DNA from: Magallana gigas
Lineage: Eukaryota
Assembly: GCF_963853765.1 (NCBI RefSeq)
Contig: NC_088853.1
Coordinates: forward strand, 46,996,001 to 47,060,000
Direction of reading: 5' to 3'
Length of the DNA: 64,000 nucleotides
Positions 1 to 12,719 of the stretch are shown in pieces. Within the stretch, counting starts at the first letter, position 1, and each line of letters begins with the position of its first letter. The position numbers and the translations under genes are program-made. The notes under the pieces were generated by a model. The model did not search any database. It was not told the DNA's origin and saw only the letters and a list, made by a program, of their open reading frames with translations.

Positions 1-135
1 ATAATTTTCGCGCATGTAACATTTTTTAATGTTACCCGTTGCCAAGTGCGTTGCTAACGCTGAGGGTAATAGTAAATATTATTAACTGCGTCTTAACCAA
101 TCAGATTTCAGTATTTAACATGAAAGTATAACAAA
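1..135 (-). mobile_element. End of a dispersed non-autonomous DNA element (same family as 23801..24150, opposite orientation)
   Basis: The reverse complement TTTGTTATACTTTCATGTTAAATACTGAAATCTGATTGGTT..CCCTCAGCGTTAG..TGTTACATGCGCG matches 23801..23916. Confidence 0.7.
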
Positions 136-353
136 ATATCTTATAATCCTCTCCGATTTTTTATCTGACGTTTCATTATGACACATACGAATAAATCTTA
201 GTGCGAGTTAATATCACAATTCAACATTTTCATTTCCGTTTATTTTAAAAACGAAAGTAGTCATGGTCGTAAGCTACTTTTAATTTTAGAACATAAACTT
301 ACATTTCTGTCGGTATTACTATTAACACAGGATGACTTAAAAAGAAGAAGAAG

Positions 354-3300
354 ATGTCAGATATCATAGAGAAGACGCTTGCTTCGCTACCTAAGCTGTT
401 CTCTGATGGCCCTCGAGGGTCTCCAGGAGAAAAGACTATGCCTCAGAAAAAAATAATGGGGCGAGCATTTCAAGGCTTCCTGTGCAGCGTCAGTAGATGT
501 CGCAGTCTAACGGTAATACTTACGTACCGCTGTCAGTCTGTCCTTTTGTCTGTTTGTCTGTACTTATCTAGTATCTACTCATCTGCCTCATTATATAACT
601 CTTGCTCAAGGTTCCTTCTCGCCGTTAACACGTCAGCTCTTCGTTGATATGCGTTTATGTGCTAGGAATCCTAGGATAACAGTTAGAATCCTACATCTGG
701 CCCCGGGGCCATAAAACTTAGAGAAGCTCACTTTTGATCTCAGTCTCACTTTTACATGAGGGAAAATATATAGCAGAAAAGTAAGTCTTAGACTGAAATC
801 AAAAGTGAGCTTCTCTAAGTTTTATGGTCCTCGGGCCTGCACTCTTTTTAAGTTAATGTGACTCAATCTTTTGTTTCTTGCCTCAAAGAAAACCTTGCAT
901 GCTTATGTAGTTAACTCTTTATAGTCCTTCGCGAGTTCCTGTTTTTGTTGCATTTGTCAAATTGTCAATTATATGAATATATATACCAACCTCTTTGTAA
1001 AGAAACATTCCTGTATAAAAAATGAAAGTCAACTCGGGTACAAAAAATTCCCATATATAAAAAAGAAAGTCAACTTGTATACAAGAATCTTTTTAAATCT
1101 GATCATTACAAAATGTTATAAATTGTATCTTTTTTTCTTACTGTTTAGGAAGAGAAAACTTACATTACACATGAGCTGAAGCAGATTCAAGAGAGTTTGA
1201 ACAGAACAGATGTTTCACAGGTACAGTATCTGTACAGACAATGCAGTCAATCTTAAAAACAGTAAGAGAATGCTGTGACACTGTGATCAGACTGATTAAT
1301 AAGTGACCCTGCCTGGGTCAGCAGTTAGTACTAGTAAGTGACCCTGCCTGGGTCAGCAGTTTGTACTAGTAAGTGACCCTGCCTGGGTCAGCAGTTAGTA
1401 CTACTAGTAAGTGACCCTGCCTGGGTCAGCAGTTAGTACTAGTAAGTGACCCTGCCTGGGTCAGCAGTTTGTACTAGTAAGTGACCCTGCCTGGGTCAGC
1501 AGTTAGTACTACTAGTAAGTGACCCTGCCTGGGTCAGCAGTTTGTACTAGTAAGTGACCCTGCCTGGGTCAGCAGTTTGTACTATATGAATTTTGATTTA
1601 CTACAGGGCACGGTGGGTGAACTGCTGTTTAGACTGATTTACTGCCACTTGTTGGGATACGACGTCTCCTTTGGTTTTATTCACACCATCAAACTCGCCC
1701 AACAGGGCACTGGACTTGAGAAAAGAATGGGCAAGTTCTTGCTTTTCTATGAAATTTTAGCAGTGCATGAATATGCAACATTTATTTAACACTTATATCA
1801 AAACCATTTATTTATAATAGATACATACATGTACCGGTACAGTTAAACTCAGTTATAGCGAAGTCCTAGGGACCAGTGGATTTACTTCCTTATATCTGTA
1901 GTTTGTTATATCCGTAAAACGAATTCGTAATAATATATATAGCGAATTCACTATATACATGTTTTCTTTTACAAGACAATAATTTTTACTAATTGAGGCT
2001 TAAAATAAAAATACATTACTTTGATACCTGAATTTAACAATCGGATTGTGAATTGAAAAATTTATATGAAATTAAATTCATTTAAACTATTATGTAAAAT
2101 GGTAGTACAAAGTTTTTAAACTGTTAAGAAATTTGTTATAAAAGTGTTAAATTTCGTTATTATTCACCTCTACGGAATTCTAAATCAGTTCGGTATATCC
2201 ATAAATTCGTTATATCCATAAATTCGTTATATCCGTAAATTCGTTATAACTGTAAAATTTTGCAAAGATTTGTGAAGATTTACTGGGGACTCAAAAAAAC
2301 TTCGCTTTCTATTTTCTATATCTGTGTTCATACTAAACGAGTTTTACTGTATTGACATAATGGTCATGATTATGACATTAATGTTTATACAGGCTACATA
2401 GCAGCTATCCTTCTACTTCACCAGGATCATGAACTGAGCCTTTTGCTGATGAACACCATTCAAAAGGTTGGTAGATCATGAACTGACGAACCCCACTCAG
2501 ATGATGGTCAGATTCCAATTCCAGTTTACCATAATAAGCTTAGGATTTCATCTCCAATGTCATTTATCATTTGTAAGGGATTATGTTGCATATTGATTAA
2601 TTACAGACTACATGAACCCACACGTGAACTCCAGTAATTAATTATTTGTTAATCAATACTCCCACAGCTGCAAATAATCTTTGAGAACTTTTTATAATAT
2701 TATTATAGGCGCAGTATTTTGCTTTTTAGCAGAAGATTTTTTGAGTTTTCAGACCAAAAGTTGTTTTCATTCATGTTGATTTCATCAAATAAAATTGAAT
2801 GAAGTTTGTGTCAATGAAGAAATCCTTGAGTTTTGCCCTTGAATCGATTACAATTGTACTTCTTTGACAGATATGTGTATTTTTGTTAAAATTCATCAAA
2901 AAGTGTTGGAAAAGGTAATCTGGGACAGACTATAGTCAGGTGAGCTGGATGGCTGATGAGCCTCTTGCTTTCATTGATCATGCTCCTAAAAATTTTGATT
3001 GTGCTTATTTGATTATCTTGTCAAGTTTTTTATGTTAAATGTTCATTTCTATGTATTTGAATTGCATATTGTTCATAAAAAGGGCTAGGATTATTACATC
3101 AGGGACCTATTGTGTAGATTGTTTCATAGGAAATACTCATATTCAAACACATTGTCATATGGGTCCATATTTTGTTCTGTGGAATTTCTATGTTGGCAAA
3201 ATATACAACCATTGACAAAGAAGTGGTGTGTGATGTGTAATTATCATTCAGATTGATATTTAGAGCTTGTCATTCTAATCCTAATGTCAGCAACATGGTC

Positions 3301-6300
3301 AAGATGTTTTTTTTTAAATGTTGATTTATTTAATGTAAATGCCAATATGTACAGTATTTTTATTTCAAAATATCTTCTGCCTTTCTCCTGAAGGACCTGC
3401 AGAGCACCAACATTCTAGACAACTGTATTGCTCTGTCTGCAGTGTGCCATCTTGTTCAGTCAGATGGTGGGGTTATTTCCATGATGTTGCCTTTAGTCCA
3501 GAAAAAATTACAACATCCCAGGTCTGTATTCTATTTGTCCCCAATTTATTTAAAATTAGTGCAAATAAACACACACTTGTTGATAATCTGAATTCTAGTC
3601 AGTATGTAATATTTTATGAATGAATTTCATTTTCATATGTTTCTCCATATTAATTTAATATTCTACCATTAAGTTCTGAAAATAAGACATGATTTTCCTA
3701 AAAGATAAAGATCCTGCTGATAAAATTTGAATGTGACATCAGATTGATACATCTAGTATTGTTTCATAGACATAATTTGTTAAACAATATCAACAAAGGA
3801 CTATGTGTGGTATTATGCATTTCTTGCCCCCCAAATTAAATTTTCATGGAGGGATTTAAAAATATGGCTGAAGATAGTTGAAATCATATTTAAGATCAGT
3901 ATGTAAAAAGTGATCACCCCAGTGACATTATAATGTATAAATGACATCATGAAGATTGTCTTCTTTTAATAAATTAATGTTTTAGAGCCAAAAATGGGTG
4001 ATTTTTGAGGGTTTTTCAAATGGGAAACAACAAGCATATGCTTGCATGCTCATTTTTATCTATGATGTGTATTATTATAAGAGCAAAAATATATGTAAAA
4101 ATGGTATTTAAGCAGACATGAGTTCTATACTATCAAAGGCAAAATATGAAGGAAAAATGACAATATTTTCATTTGTTTGCAAAATTTAGGGAATTTGCCC
4201 ATTTTTGTGATGTCATAGATGAATAGCTATTGGACAATGCTGACTAATATCAAGACATACTCTGGATAATGTTTTATGAAAATTTTGATATGATACTTAC
4301 ATTTAAATATTTGTTAAAATTGAGGGCAGACATTTGACAATACCAAATATAGTCCTTTGTTTAGCCCATCAAATAACATGTTGCAGGCAAACTTGAATTA
4401 TTTGAAAATAATAGCCTGTTGATTTATACATTGGCAATCTGTGTTTCTGTTGGTCCAGTGTGTTGTATTCAATCTGTGAGTGTATTTACAGGGAGCTGGT
4501 GAGGATGAGGGCCGCCTGTTGTATCCTCAGGTTTATCAGGCTGACCCCCAGCTACCAGCGCCATCTACAGGACAACTGTAGGAAGCTGCTCTATGACAAA
4601 GATCCAGGGGTCATGTCCATTGGAGTCAAAATACAGCTCCAACTGCTCAAAGTATGACCAATTTCTGGCTTTCCATTACTGTCTTTCAAAAACGTCAGAA
4701 ATAAAAGTTGGAGAGAGCTAATTTATTAATTATTAAATTACTAATTTTTGTTAATCATGCAGCAATGGAAACATAGACTGATATTATTATACAGCATACA
4801 AAATTAACTATTAATTTAACAGTAAACTGTTCAGAAACATGTTTCGATTAATTTTTGTGCACCGGTAATTTCTTTCTCTACAGAGTGGACTTCAGAGCAT
4901 TGAGACGTTGACCTCTGACCTCTGCAGTATTCTACAACAGATCATGAACAGAAGTCTCCCATCATCCTTTGAATATCATGGCATTCCATTACCATGGTTA
5001 CAAATAGACATTCTCAGAGCTCTAGCCTGTCTTGGCAAAGAAAACAAGAAGTGAGTGCCATACATTGTCTGTGATGCTACCATGTACTATGACTTCTTAT
5101 TAAGCACTTTTGATATGATTTCTTTTTCTATTCATGTAGAAACAGCGAGAGTATGTACCCTCTGTTGAGGGATCTGTTGGACAAGTTTAATACCAAGGCA
5201 AGGATGTCATACGGTTAGTGCTATCTAACTACAGATCTATAACTCCATGGGAATATTCAAGTTTACATGGGGTAGTCCCTCACTTACAAAAAAGCTTGCA
5301 ATAAGTGGCACACGAACACTTACTTGTTAAGTTTCAATAAGTTATCTGTTCTGAATACCTGCCATCAATAAATTTTTAACTCTCGAGCTATTTGGACTAT
5401 TTCCTCAAATTCCAAAAAGTTCTATTTTATATTTGACCAATAAGTGTACAATGAAATCTTTTTCGGTTTTACACATTTTCTAGAATGCATATGAAATATA
5501 AAAAGAAACAACATTTCTATGTACATGTAAGATATCACTTGAATCTTCAGGAATTTATAATACATGTATAAGAGAAGACTAATGTATTTTATGTTAAACT
5601 TTGATGGATTACCCTGCCTTTCAAGACATTTTGGTAAACTTATTACATGTACATGTGTTAAGCTTGTACGATATAATTATTTGGCGGAAATTTGGTTTTC
5701 AATAAGATAGTTTTCTACATTGACTTGGCGAATATTAATATACATACTTACGCATATACATTTTGGGTCATATTTGATTTAACTGTGACACTTTTTCAGC
5801 TGTGATGTATGAGTGTATTGTGACTATAACCAGGATAGTGCCCCACAGAGCTCTCCTGACTGAAGCCAGTGTCAGGGTCAAGAGGTTCATCGGCTCCACT
5901 AGCTATGTGCTCAAGTACATAGGTGAGATGATTAGCAGATTATCAATCACTGCCTGCTGGTAGGGCTTTTTACTTCAGCGTCAGTCTAACTCTAACTGAA
6001 ATTGTCTTAACCAGGTGTGAAAGCACTGACTCACTTGATAGCTGTGAGCCCGGAGAGCATCACAGACTGTCAGATGATTGTTGTAGAGCTTCTTGAAGAC
6101 CCAGATCCAGCCATCCAATCAAAGGTAAATGAATGTTTGTCACACAGAGAACATACAAGTAAAGGATGACAGTAAAGACAGGCTATGGTTAAGACTCTCT
6201 TTTACTTTTACTTTGCCCCTTCAAGAATAAAAGGTGAATAAATCTATTTTTCTTGACTATATAGTATAGTACATTTATCTTCACTGCTTTAAGTGTATTG

Positions 6301-9300
6301 AATACATTTTGACTGTAAGTACATTTAGTACAACTTATCTTGTAGACTGTTGACCTTTTGTTCAGTATGGCCAATGAGAGCAATGTCAAGGTGGTTTGTA
6401 GTAAACTGATAGAACATCTGGCTCGTCCCAGGAAAGATTTCAGTGAGTCAGAACTCATAGACAGGATTCTCACTCTCACAGAAAAGTATCCTTTACACCC
6501 AACATCAAACAGAGTCTGGTAACAGGATAACTAAATGATGCATACACTAACACTGAACCAGGGGGGAAATGCATGCATCAGTTGTCTGTTTCTAATATAA
6601 ATCATTATACATGTTTATGGCTGTGTGTGTTTGTATGTGAATTGGTGTGTCTATTAGTTTTCCTGAGCAGCAGTAGATACAGCTTAGATGGTGTTTGGGG
6701 CTATGACATGGTCCTGACAATCCTGAGAGAGGAGCGCAGTGGTCTGCCCAGGGACATGGTGGACCGAGTCCTGAACCAGCTCTCACAGGGTAGGTCCACA
6801 GAGACTCATCCCTGTAAACATAGTCAGTGAAACTCATCCCTGTAAACACAGAGAGACTCATCCCTGTAAACATAGACAGAGAGACTCATCCCTGTAAACA
6901 TAGTCAGAGAGACTCATTCCTGTAAACAATCATCCCTGTAAACACTGGGTCAGAGAGACTCATCCCTGTAAACACTGGGTCAGAGAGACTCATCCCTGTA
7001 AACACAGTCAGAGAGACTCATCCCTGTAAATACAGTCAGAGAGACTCATCCCTGTAAACACAGTCAGAGAGACCTATTCCCTACACACAGAGAGAAAAAA
7101 CCTGTAACACAGAAATACTTTTCCTTGTAAACACAGAGGGACCCACATGAACACAAAGAGACTTATCCCTGTAAACAAAGAGTCAGAAAGACTTGCCCTC
7201 TTAAACACAGAGAGAGACTAACCCCAGTAAACACAGAATTAGAGAGAATCACCCCTGTAAACACAGAGTAAGAGATACTCTACCCTTTAAACCAAGAGAC
7301 TTACTCAAATATGATCACAGTCAGACTCACTCATTTAAACACAGAGAGAGAGAGTCTGAGAGACTCCTCTCCGTAAATACATAGTCAGAGACACACATCC
7401 CCTAAATCAGAGTCAGAGAGACTCACCCCTGTAAACACAGAGAGAGACTTAACCCATGTAAACATAGAGAGAGACTCAACCCTTTAAATACAGTGTCAGA
7501 GAGACTCATCTATAAATACAAAGAGTCAGAGAGACTAACCTCTGTAAACACAGGGTCAGAGAGACTCACCCCTGTAAACACAGGGTCAGAGAGACTCACC
7601 CCTGTAAACACAGGGTCAGAGAGACTCACCCCTGTAACAGAATAAAAAAAAATTGTTGAAATTTTACATAAAAAAAAAAAGGTATTTTAACTAAATATAG
7701 AAAAAATTGTATGATTTATTTAGAGATCAATAATAGAATGATTGAACCACTCAGGTAGTGGTTGTAAAACTAGATCTAGACTGGGTCTTTACTTTGCTTC
7801 ATGACTTAATTATATATATATATATTTTCAGTTTGAAAAAGTAAACATTCAGTTACTTTCTTTTTTAGGTAGATTATGAAAGAACCTTTTTGTTATGAAA
7901 ATCAAATTTCAGTATTGTATGAAACAGTTTCCTATGCATTTAAATTTGCAGTTATAGAAACATAATTTAATTGAACAATTGTATTGCACAATTTCAGTCT
8001 TGAACTATCCCCGAGACACCAGTAGGCAGGTACCGGAGGCAGTTCAGAGCCTGGTCAAGAAATCCGTGCAGGGGCTGTTCCAGGAAAACTGCTCAAAAGA
8101 ACTGGTCAAGATTGCATCATGGGTAAAGTTATACCAATATCTCCCAATATTGCTTCATGGGTAAAGTTATCATACCAATATCTCCCAATATTGCTTCATA
8201 GATAAAGTTATCATACATGCGCAATCCAAACTTATTCTTGAAATACTTTATATTGAATGTTTTGTGTTGCAACTTCATAGCCAAGGGAATATTACTGCTA
8301 TATATAGGATCTCTTATGGTTTGTGATGGTATATAATTTTTATCCAATGAGATGTACGTGTGTTTTCTATCCCCGAGCCTTGGTGAGGGGATAGAAAGCA
8401 CTCAACGAGTTGGATAAAAATCATATACCATCGCAAACCATCAGAGATTCTTTTTATCAACTTTTACCACGTCTTTTGTTAAATCCCAATCATTTCTGTA
8501 AAATATTATAACTGTTAGCTGCACAACACATTTACTGCAAGATATCATTAACTTTACGCTTAAAAAAGTTCCTTGAAGATTAACAAAAGAACATTTTATT
8601 TTTTAACATATTTTTATCAATCCATGGAAAAAATTAAAACAGCATTAATTCACATTTACAACTCCGCACACTTCAGCTGAATTTCTTTTAATTTTCCATT
8701 CTACGTCAATCAACAGCCTAAACCTACCTAATGTTTAATTATGACATCACGTCTGGTTAGAATACACAGTGGTATATCAGAATTTATTACATTAGCGATA
8801 TCCAATGTATATTGAGCTAAACATGCGATAATTTGAGAATAGTTATGAAGATTTAATTAGTTAATTTCAATGAATTTCATGTCATTTCAAAAAATACTAA
8901 GTTACTCATGTTTCCCTCTTGTTTGTAGGTACTGAGTGAGTGCTCATTTCTGCTGAAGAATATGCCTGATGACAAAGTTATGTCCCTTCTACAGAAACAG
9001 TTTTTGAGAGAGTCCCTTGACACATTGACTCGCCTGTGGATCCTGTCATGTGTGACGAGTCTGTTGTGTGGGGGGATAGTGCAGCCAGGCGTGGTAACGA
9101 AGGCAGTAAGGGACATGAGGGACCGGTGTGTGAGCTTCTGTGACACGACACAAGATTACACTTTGCTACAGGTCAACAATTATGTAACACATTATTATTA
9201 TGCTCAGTCAAGAAGTAAATAAATTTATAGACTTTCATTGATTAAAGAACATACTTGTATCATGGATGTACATGTATGAAGGTATATTTTACCCTTTTGG

Positions 9301-12300
9301 TTAATTCTTTGGCAAACTTGAATAAAAGTAAATATTGGTTGTTAGATATAGCAATGCAGAAAACTAAGTGGCAGTTCAGCACATATACATGTAAATGGTG
9401 ATTTCAACATTTGCTATATAGGTCAGAACAGTAATCATTAGAATGTACAGTTTGAATTCTTGGTTGCCATTTTGTTGACAGAAGCTGCTGGAGTGTGAGA
9501 GACTGTGTGCCCAGCCACTGACAGTGGACCCCCAGGGACGGGACCTGACACAGGTACACAGGTCAAACATTGGTCAAATTGTACAAAACTTATCTACTTC
9601 ACTGTGTTGGCAAGTCTCAAAACAAGTAAAAATATCATTTTCTCATAAATGTTACAATTGGTCTTGTGCAAATTTTAAGAATACCACCAAAAAAAAAAAG
9701 AGTTTGTTTTCTGTAATACATGGCCGCAATGTATTTCTTTCAATTGAATGTCATGGTGTTGTTAAAGTTAGTTGGTTATTTCTTGGTAAAGTGGTAATTT
9801 TGGCTTAATTTTTTAGGTTTATATTTATTCAAGGATGACTGCACTTACACCGGTTTTGGGGTTTTTTTGGTGGCTTCTGTTATCTTAATAAGACTTTTGT
9901 TTATTTTGTTAAAGAGTCTTGTCATTTCCAACATAAATTAAGAACAATAAACTTTTTCTATGTTTTTCTCCGTAAAACTTTCGAAAAATAGAGAATTTTT
10001 GCATATCTGCCATTGGTCGAACATAAGACTGATATTAATATGCATAAGAGGTGGAGCTGACATCATCAGAGTGGTACTAAAATTAGACTAGGGTGAATAA
10101 CGGTGCCATGTATAAAAAAATTATATCATCACACTTTCACCATAGCCCTATCTATTCTATATGGTACAAGTATACTGTTTACAACAGAGAAAGCGAAAGT
10201 AAGAAGAAGTAGTTTTTTCTCATTTAAACCATGAGCGCATGTTTGTGTATTAATCTCTCATTGAAAGAACTTAGATAATGCAAATATACAACTACTGTTA
10301 AATGGAGAACAAAAGACAAACACGTGCTGATTATGTATGAGGTCAATATAAAAGTGGGGATCCTCGTTATTGTATAGAGATTCAAGGAATCGCAATGACT
10401 CCTGCCTATGAAAACAAATTCGTATTTGGTACATGTAATAACAAACTCTTATTTAACGCAATTATGTAAAGTTGCAGTTTGCATGTCGACCATTTCTGCA
10501 TTTGAAAGAAAAATGCTTGTTTTAAAAGTTTATTTTCATGCAAATATCGCATGTCCTGTAGTGCAGTCATCCTTTGCCTAACTAGAGGAGCTTTTGGTTC
10601 AACATATGTGGTATGTATAAAGAGAACAGGCTTTCTCTGTGAGGTATTAAATGATTGACTTGTCTTTGCAGTTTGATTTCACCCTCTCCTATTTGGATGA
10701 CTTTGTATGTGATTCTTTAGAAGGGGAGACAAAACCATACATACACAAAAATCTAAGAATGTCTCCACTCAAAGGTGGGTGGTTGCTCCTAGTATATTAT
10801 GCTATATTTAATAAATAAGATACACACTTAGAAAATTGATATTAATGAAGATCAGTTCCTAGACCCTCGAAAGATGGCAAAGTATTGAGTAATTGGTTGG
10901 TCCTTGGACAGAGACTGTAGTTTCTTTCTATTACAGTTGATCCCCTGTTTTCTGGGTTTGCTGAGAATGCAGGGAGTGGATCTGTGGCATCAGATTCCTC
11001 AGGAAAACCAACAAAGTCGGCCACCTCAGACTCAAAGTAAGAATACAATGATACATAATTATACTCAAAAACATATAATTACTCAAAGTAAGAATCTATG
11101 TTTACGCAAAGTAAGAATGTCTAATTACTCAAAGTAAGAATCTATAGGCAAAGTAAGAACATATAATGTCTCAAAGTAAGAATCTTTATTTACGCAAAGT
11201 AAGAACATATAATATGACTCAAAGTAAGAATCTATATTTACGCAAAGTAAGAATATATAATTATTCAAATTAAGAATGTATAATTACTCAATATAAGAAT
11301 ATATAACTTAAAGTAAGAATATATCAGTACTCAAAGGTCAAGTTCATTAATTTTGCTCAAAAGTTACATATATATTATTTAAGGAGAAGTATACATGTAT
11401 GATATATCTCATTGGAAATATTGTATAATTACTCAAAGTTAAAACTTATAATTACTCTTATAAGGAGGCTCAACTTTAACTGCAGTGTCATTCATTAAAG
11501 AAACTGATAGTCAGTGGTACCCCTTATATATTAAGTGACTTTGAATCAGTTTTATTGAAATCCTTTTTTATTAATAAGTAGATGGTTGGATGTAGCATAT
11601 AGCTTGAATAAATAGCATTTGAGATCCTTTTGCCTTCATTTGGTTTTGTAGAAATGTTGATCTGAAGCTAGAGGGGGTCAGCAGGGTTTGGGGAGAGGAG
11701 GGTTTTCTGGAACCGGATACCAGTGTCGTGGATAGTCATCACGCAGAATCTGACCAGAAACAGAGGGAACTAGAAAAGAAACAAGAACTTGCAGCGGCCC
11801 TTTTCAGTGGATTTCACAGTCAGAGCAAGGTTGGAATTACATGACTTTCTTAAAAAATTATTGTTAAGAAACTGTAGAAAATAGAATTATTCAGGTAAAT
11901 CACAGATTGCTTCTGTATTTTACATTAATTAATAACCTTGTTCTTCACATTTATCCTTTTTAAAGAGTGATGCACAAGATAAAGAGCGGAAAGACCTGTG
12001 GTCAGAAGATGTTCCTTTAAACTTGAATTCTACCTCTCTTGACTGGAGAGCTCTTAGTGCCGAAGAGTCTGAAAGGAAAGGAAGCTCCACAGAGGAGATG
12101 GACAGACAGGAAGCAGACAGACGGGATCCAGGCAGTGTTCTACTAGATCTGTCAGACCAAGAGAAATCAACAGAGGGCGTGTTGTCACAGGATCCTCTAT
12201 CTGTTGATGACACAGAACATGTTCAGCAAGGACATGAACAATCCTGTGGTGAGAGCCAGGATAGTAAAACCACCACACACCAACATGAACAATCTGTTGG

Positions 12301-12673
12301 ACTTAGTGTGAACCAGAAGGGGGGAGGGGGGATACAGGGAATGAACTATTTAAGCAGAGAACCGCCGCCATTAAGTTTTGAGAGTTTCCCAGAGGACAGA
12401 ATCCAGGACAGCAGTGAACAGTTTAGTGGTCTGTACGATGGGGTGGAGGAGGAGGAGGACGACGACTCAGAGAGTCAGGGGGACAGTGTGTACAGTCTCA
12501 GTCAGCTCGATCTGGACACGGTCCGAGTCAGGGGTGAGGTGCGTGGGAGTGGCGCGGTGTGTGATTCAGACAGTGATGGTGGCAGTAGACAGGGGAGTGA
12601 ACTCAGTCTGTACAGTCAGTACCAGGTTCTGGAGGACAGCCATGACTCCGAACACAATGAGAAAGTCAGCTAG
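354..12673 (+). CDS. AP4E1: AP-4 complex subunit epsilon (epsilon-adaptin), 19 coding exons, 990 aa predicted
   Basis: Exons: 354-512, 1149-1220, 1607-1730, 2393-2466, 3394-3521, 4492-4651, 4884-5050, 5140-5213, 5800-5922, 6015-6124, 6346-6485, 6677-6789, 7998-8122, 8929-9171, 9482-9553, 10672-10774, 10937-11036, 11652-11829, 11966-12673. All phases are compatible and the total is 2973 nt. Peptides MSDIIEKTLASLPKLF, RLIYCHLLGYDVSFGFIHTIKLAQQG, DLQSTN, PWLQIDILRALACLGKE, LKLEGVSRVWGEEGFL and ELAAALFSGF match vertebrate AP4E1 as I recall it. The exons after 9.5 kb are less certain. Confidence 0.93.
697..839. mobile_element. Fold-back MITE (~143 bp) in AP4E1 intron 1
   Basis: ~50-bp imperfect TIRs: CTGGCCCCGGGGCCATAAAACTTAGAGAAGCTCACTTTTGAT.. 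versus ..ATCAAAAGTGAGCTTCTCTAAGTTTTATGGTCCTCGGGCCTG. No clear TSD. Confidence 0.75.
1301..1584 (+). repeat. Minisatellite, 8 copies of a 35/38-bp unit, AP4E1 intron 2
   Basis: Unit AAGTGACCCTGCCTGGGTCAGCAGTT(A/T)GTACTAGT with an internal TGACCC..GGGTCA hairpin. The array ends about 20 nt before the exon 3 acceptor. Confidence 0.95.
1840..2349. mobile_element. Tc1/mariner-pogo (Tigger-like) MITE, AP4E1 intron 3
   Basis: TA|CAGTTAAACTCAGTTATAGCGAA ... TTCATACTAAACGAGTTTTACTG|TA: CAGT/ACTG termini, imperfect ~23-bp TIRs, TA duplication. Confidence 0.7.
6486..6676 (+). other. U12-type (minor spliceosome) GT-AG intron, AP4E1 intron 11
   Basis: The 5' splice site is GTATCCTTTAC (U12 consensus). 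A branch-point-like TTTTCCTGAG lies ~10 nt before the TAG acceptor and there is no polypyrimidine tract. Splicing keeps the frame. Confidence 0.85.
6800..7636 (+). repeat. Degenerate minisatellite (~26-30-bp unit), AP4E1 intron 12
   Basis: Recurrent AGAGACTCA(T/C)CCCTGTAAACA(C/T)AG(TC), starting ~10 nt after the exon 12 donor. Confidence 0.9.
8307..8830 (-). mobile_element. Non-autonomous element with a long terminal hairpin (possibly Crypton-like)
   Basis: Imperfect palindrome at 8307..8450 (..GTGTTTTCTATCCCC-loop-GGGGATAGAAAGCAC..) with the same architecture as 23801..24150. The far boundary and the superfamily are inferred. Confidence 0.45.
11030..11320 (+). repeat. Degenerate ~20-25-bp tandem array containing the exon 17 donor
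   Basis: 10 copies of AAGTAAGAA within (T/G)CAAAGTAAGAA(T/C).TA.. units. The first copy is the real splice donor at 11037. Confidence 0.85.
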
Positions 12674-12713
12674 GGAGTTTAAATGATTAGCTCAATTACT
12701 ATTAATGATGCAA

Positions 12714-12719
12714 AATAAA
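12714..12719 (+). terminator. Candidate polyadenylation signal of AP4E1
   Basis: AATAAA 41 nt after the TAG at 12671-12673. Confidence 0.45.

Noticed and set aside
10851-10881. Extra AP4E1 micro-exon
   Set aside because: It breaks the frame or gives an implausible peptide; 10774 to 10937 joins cleanly.
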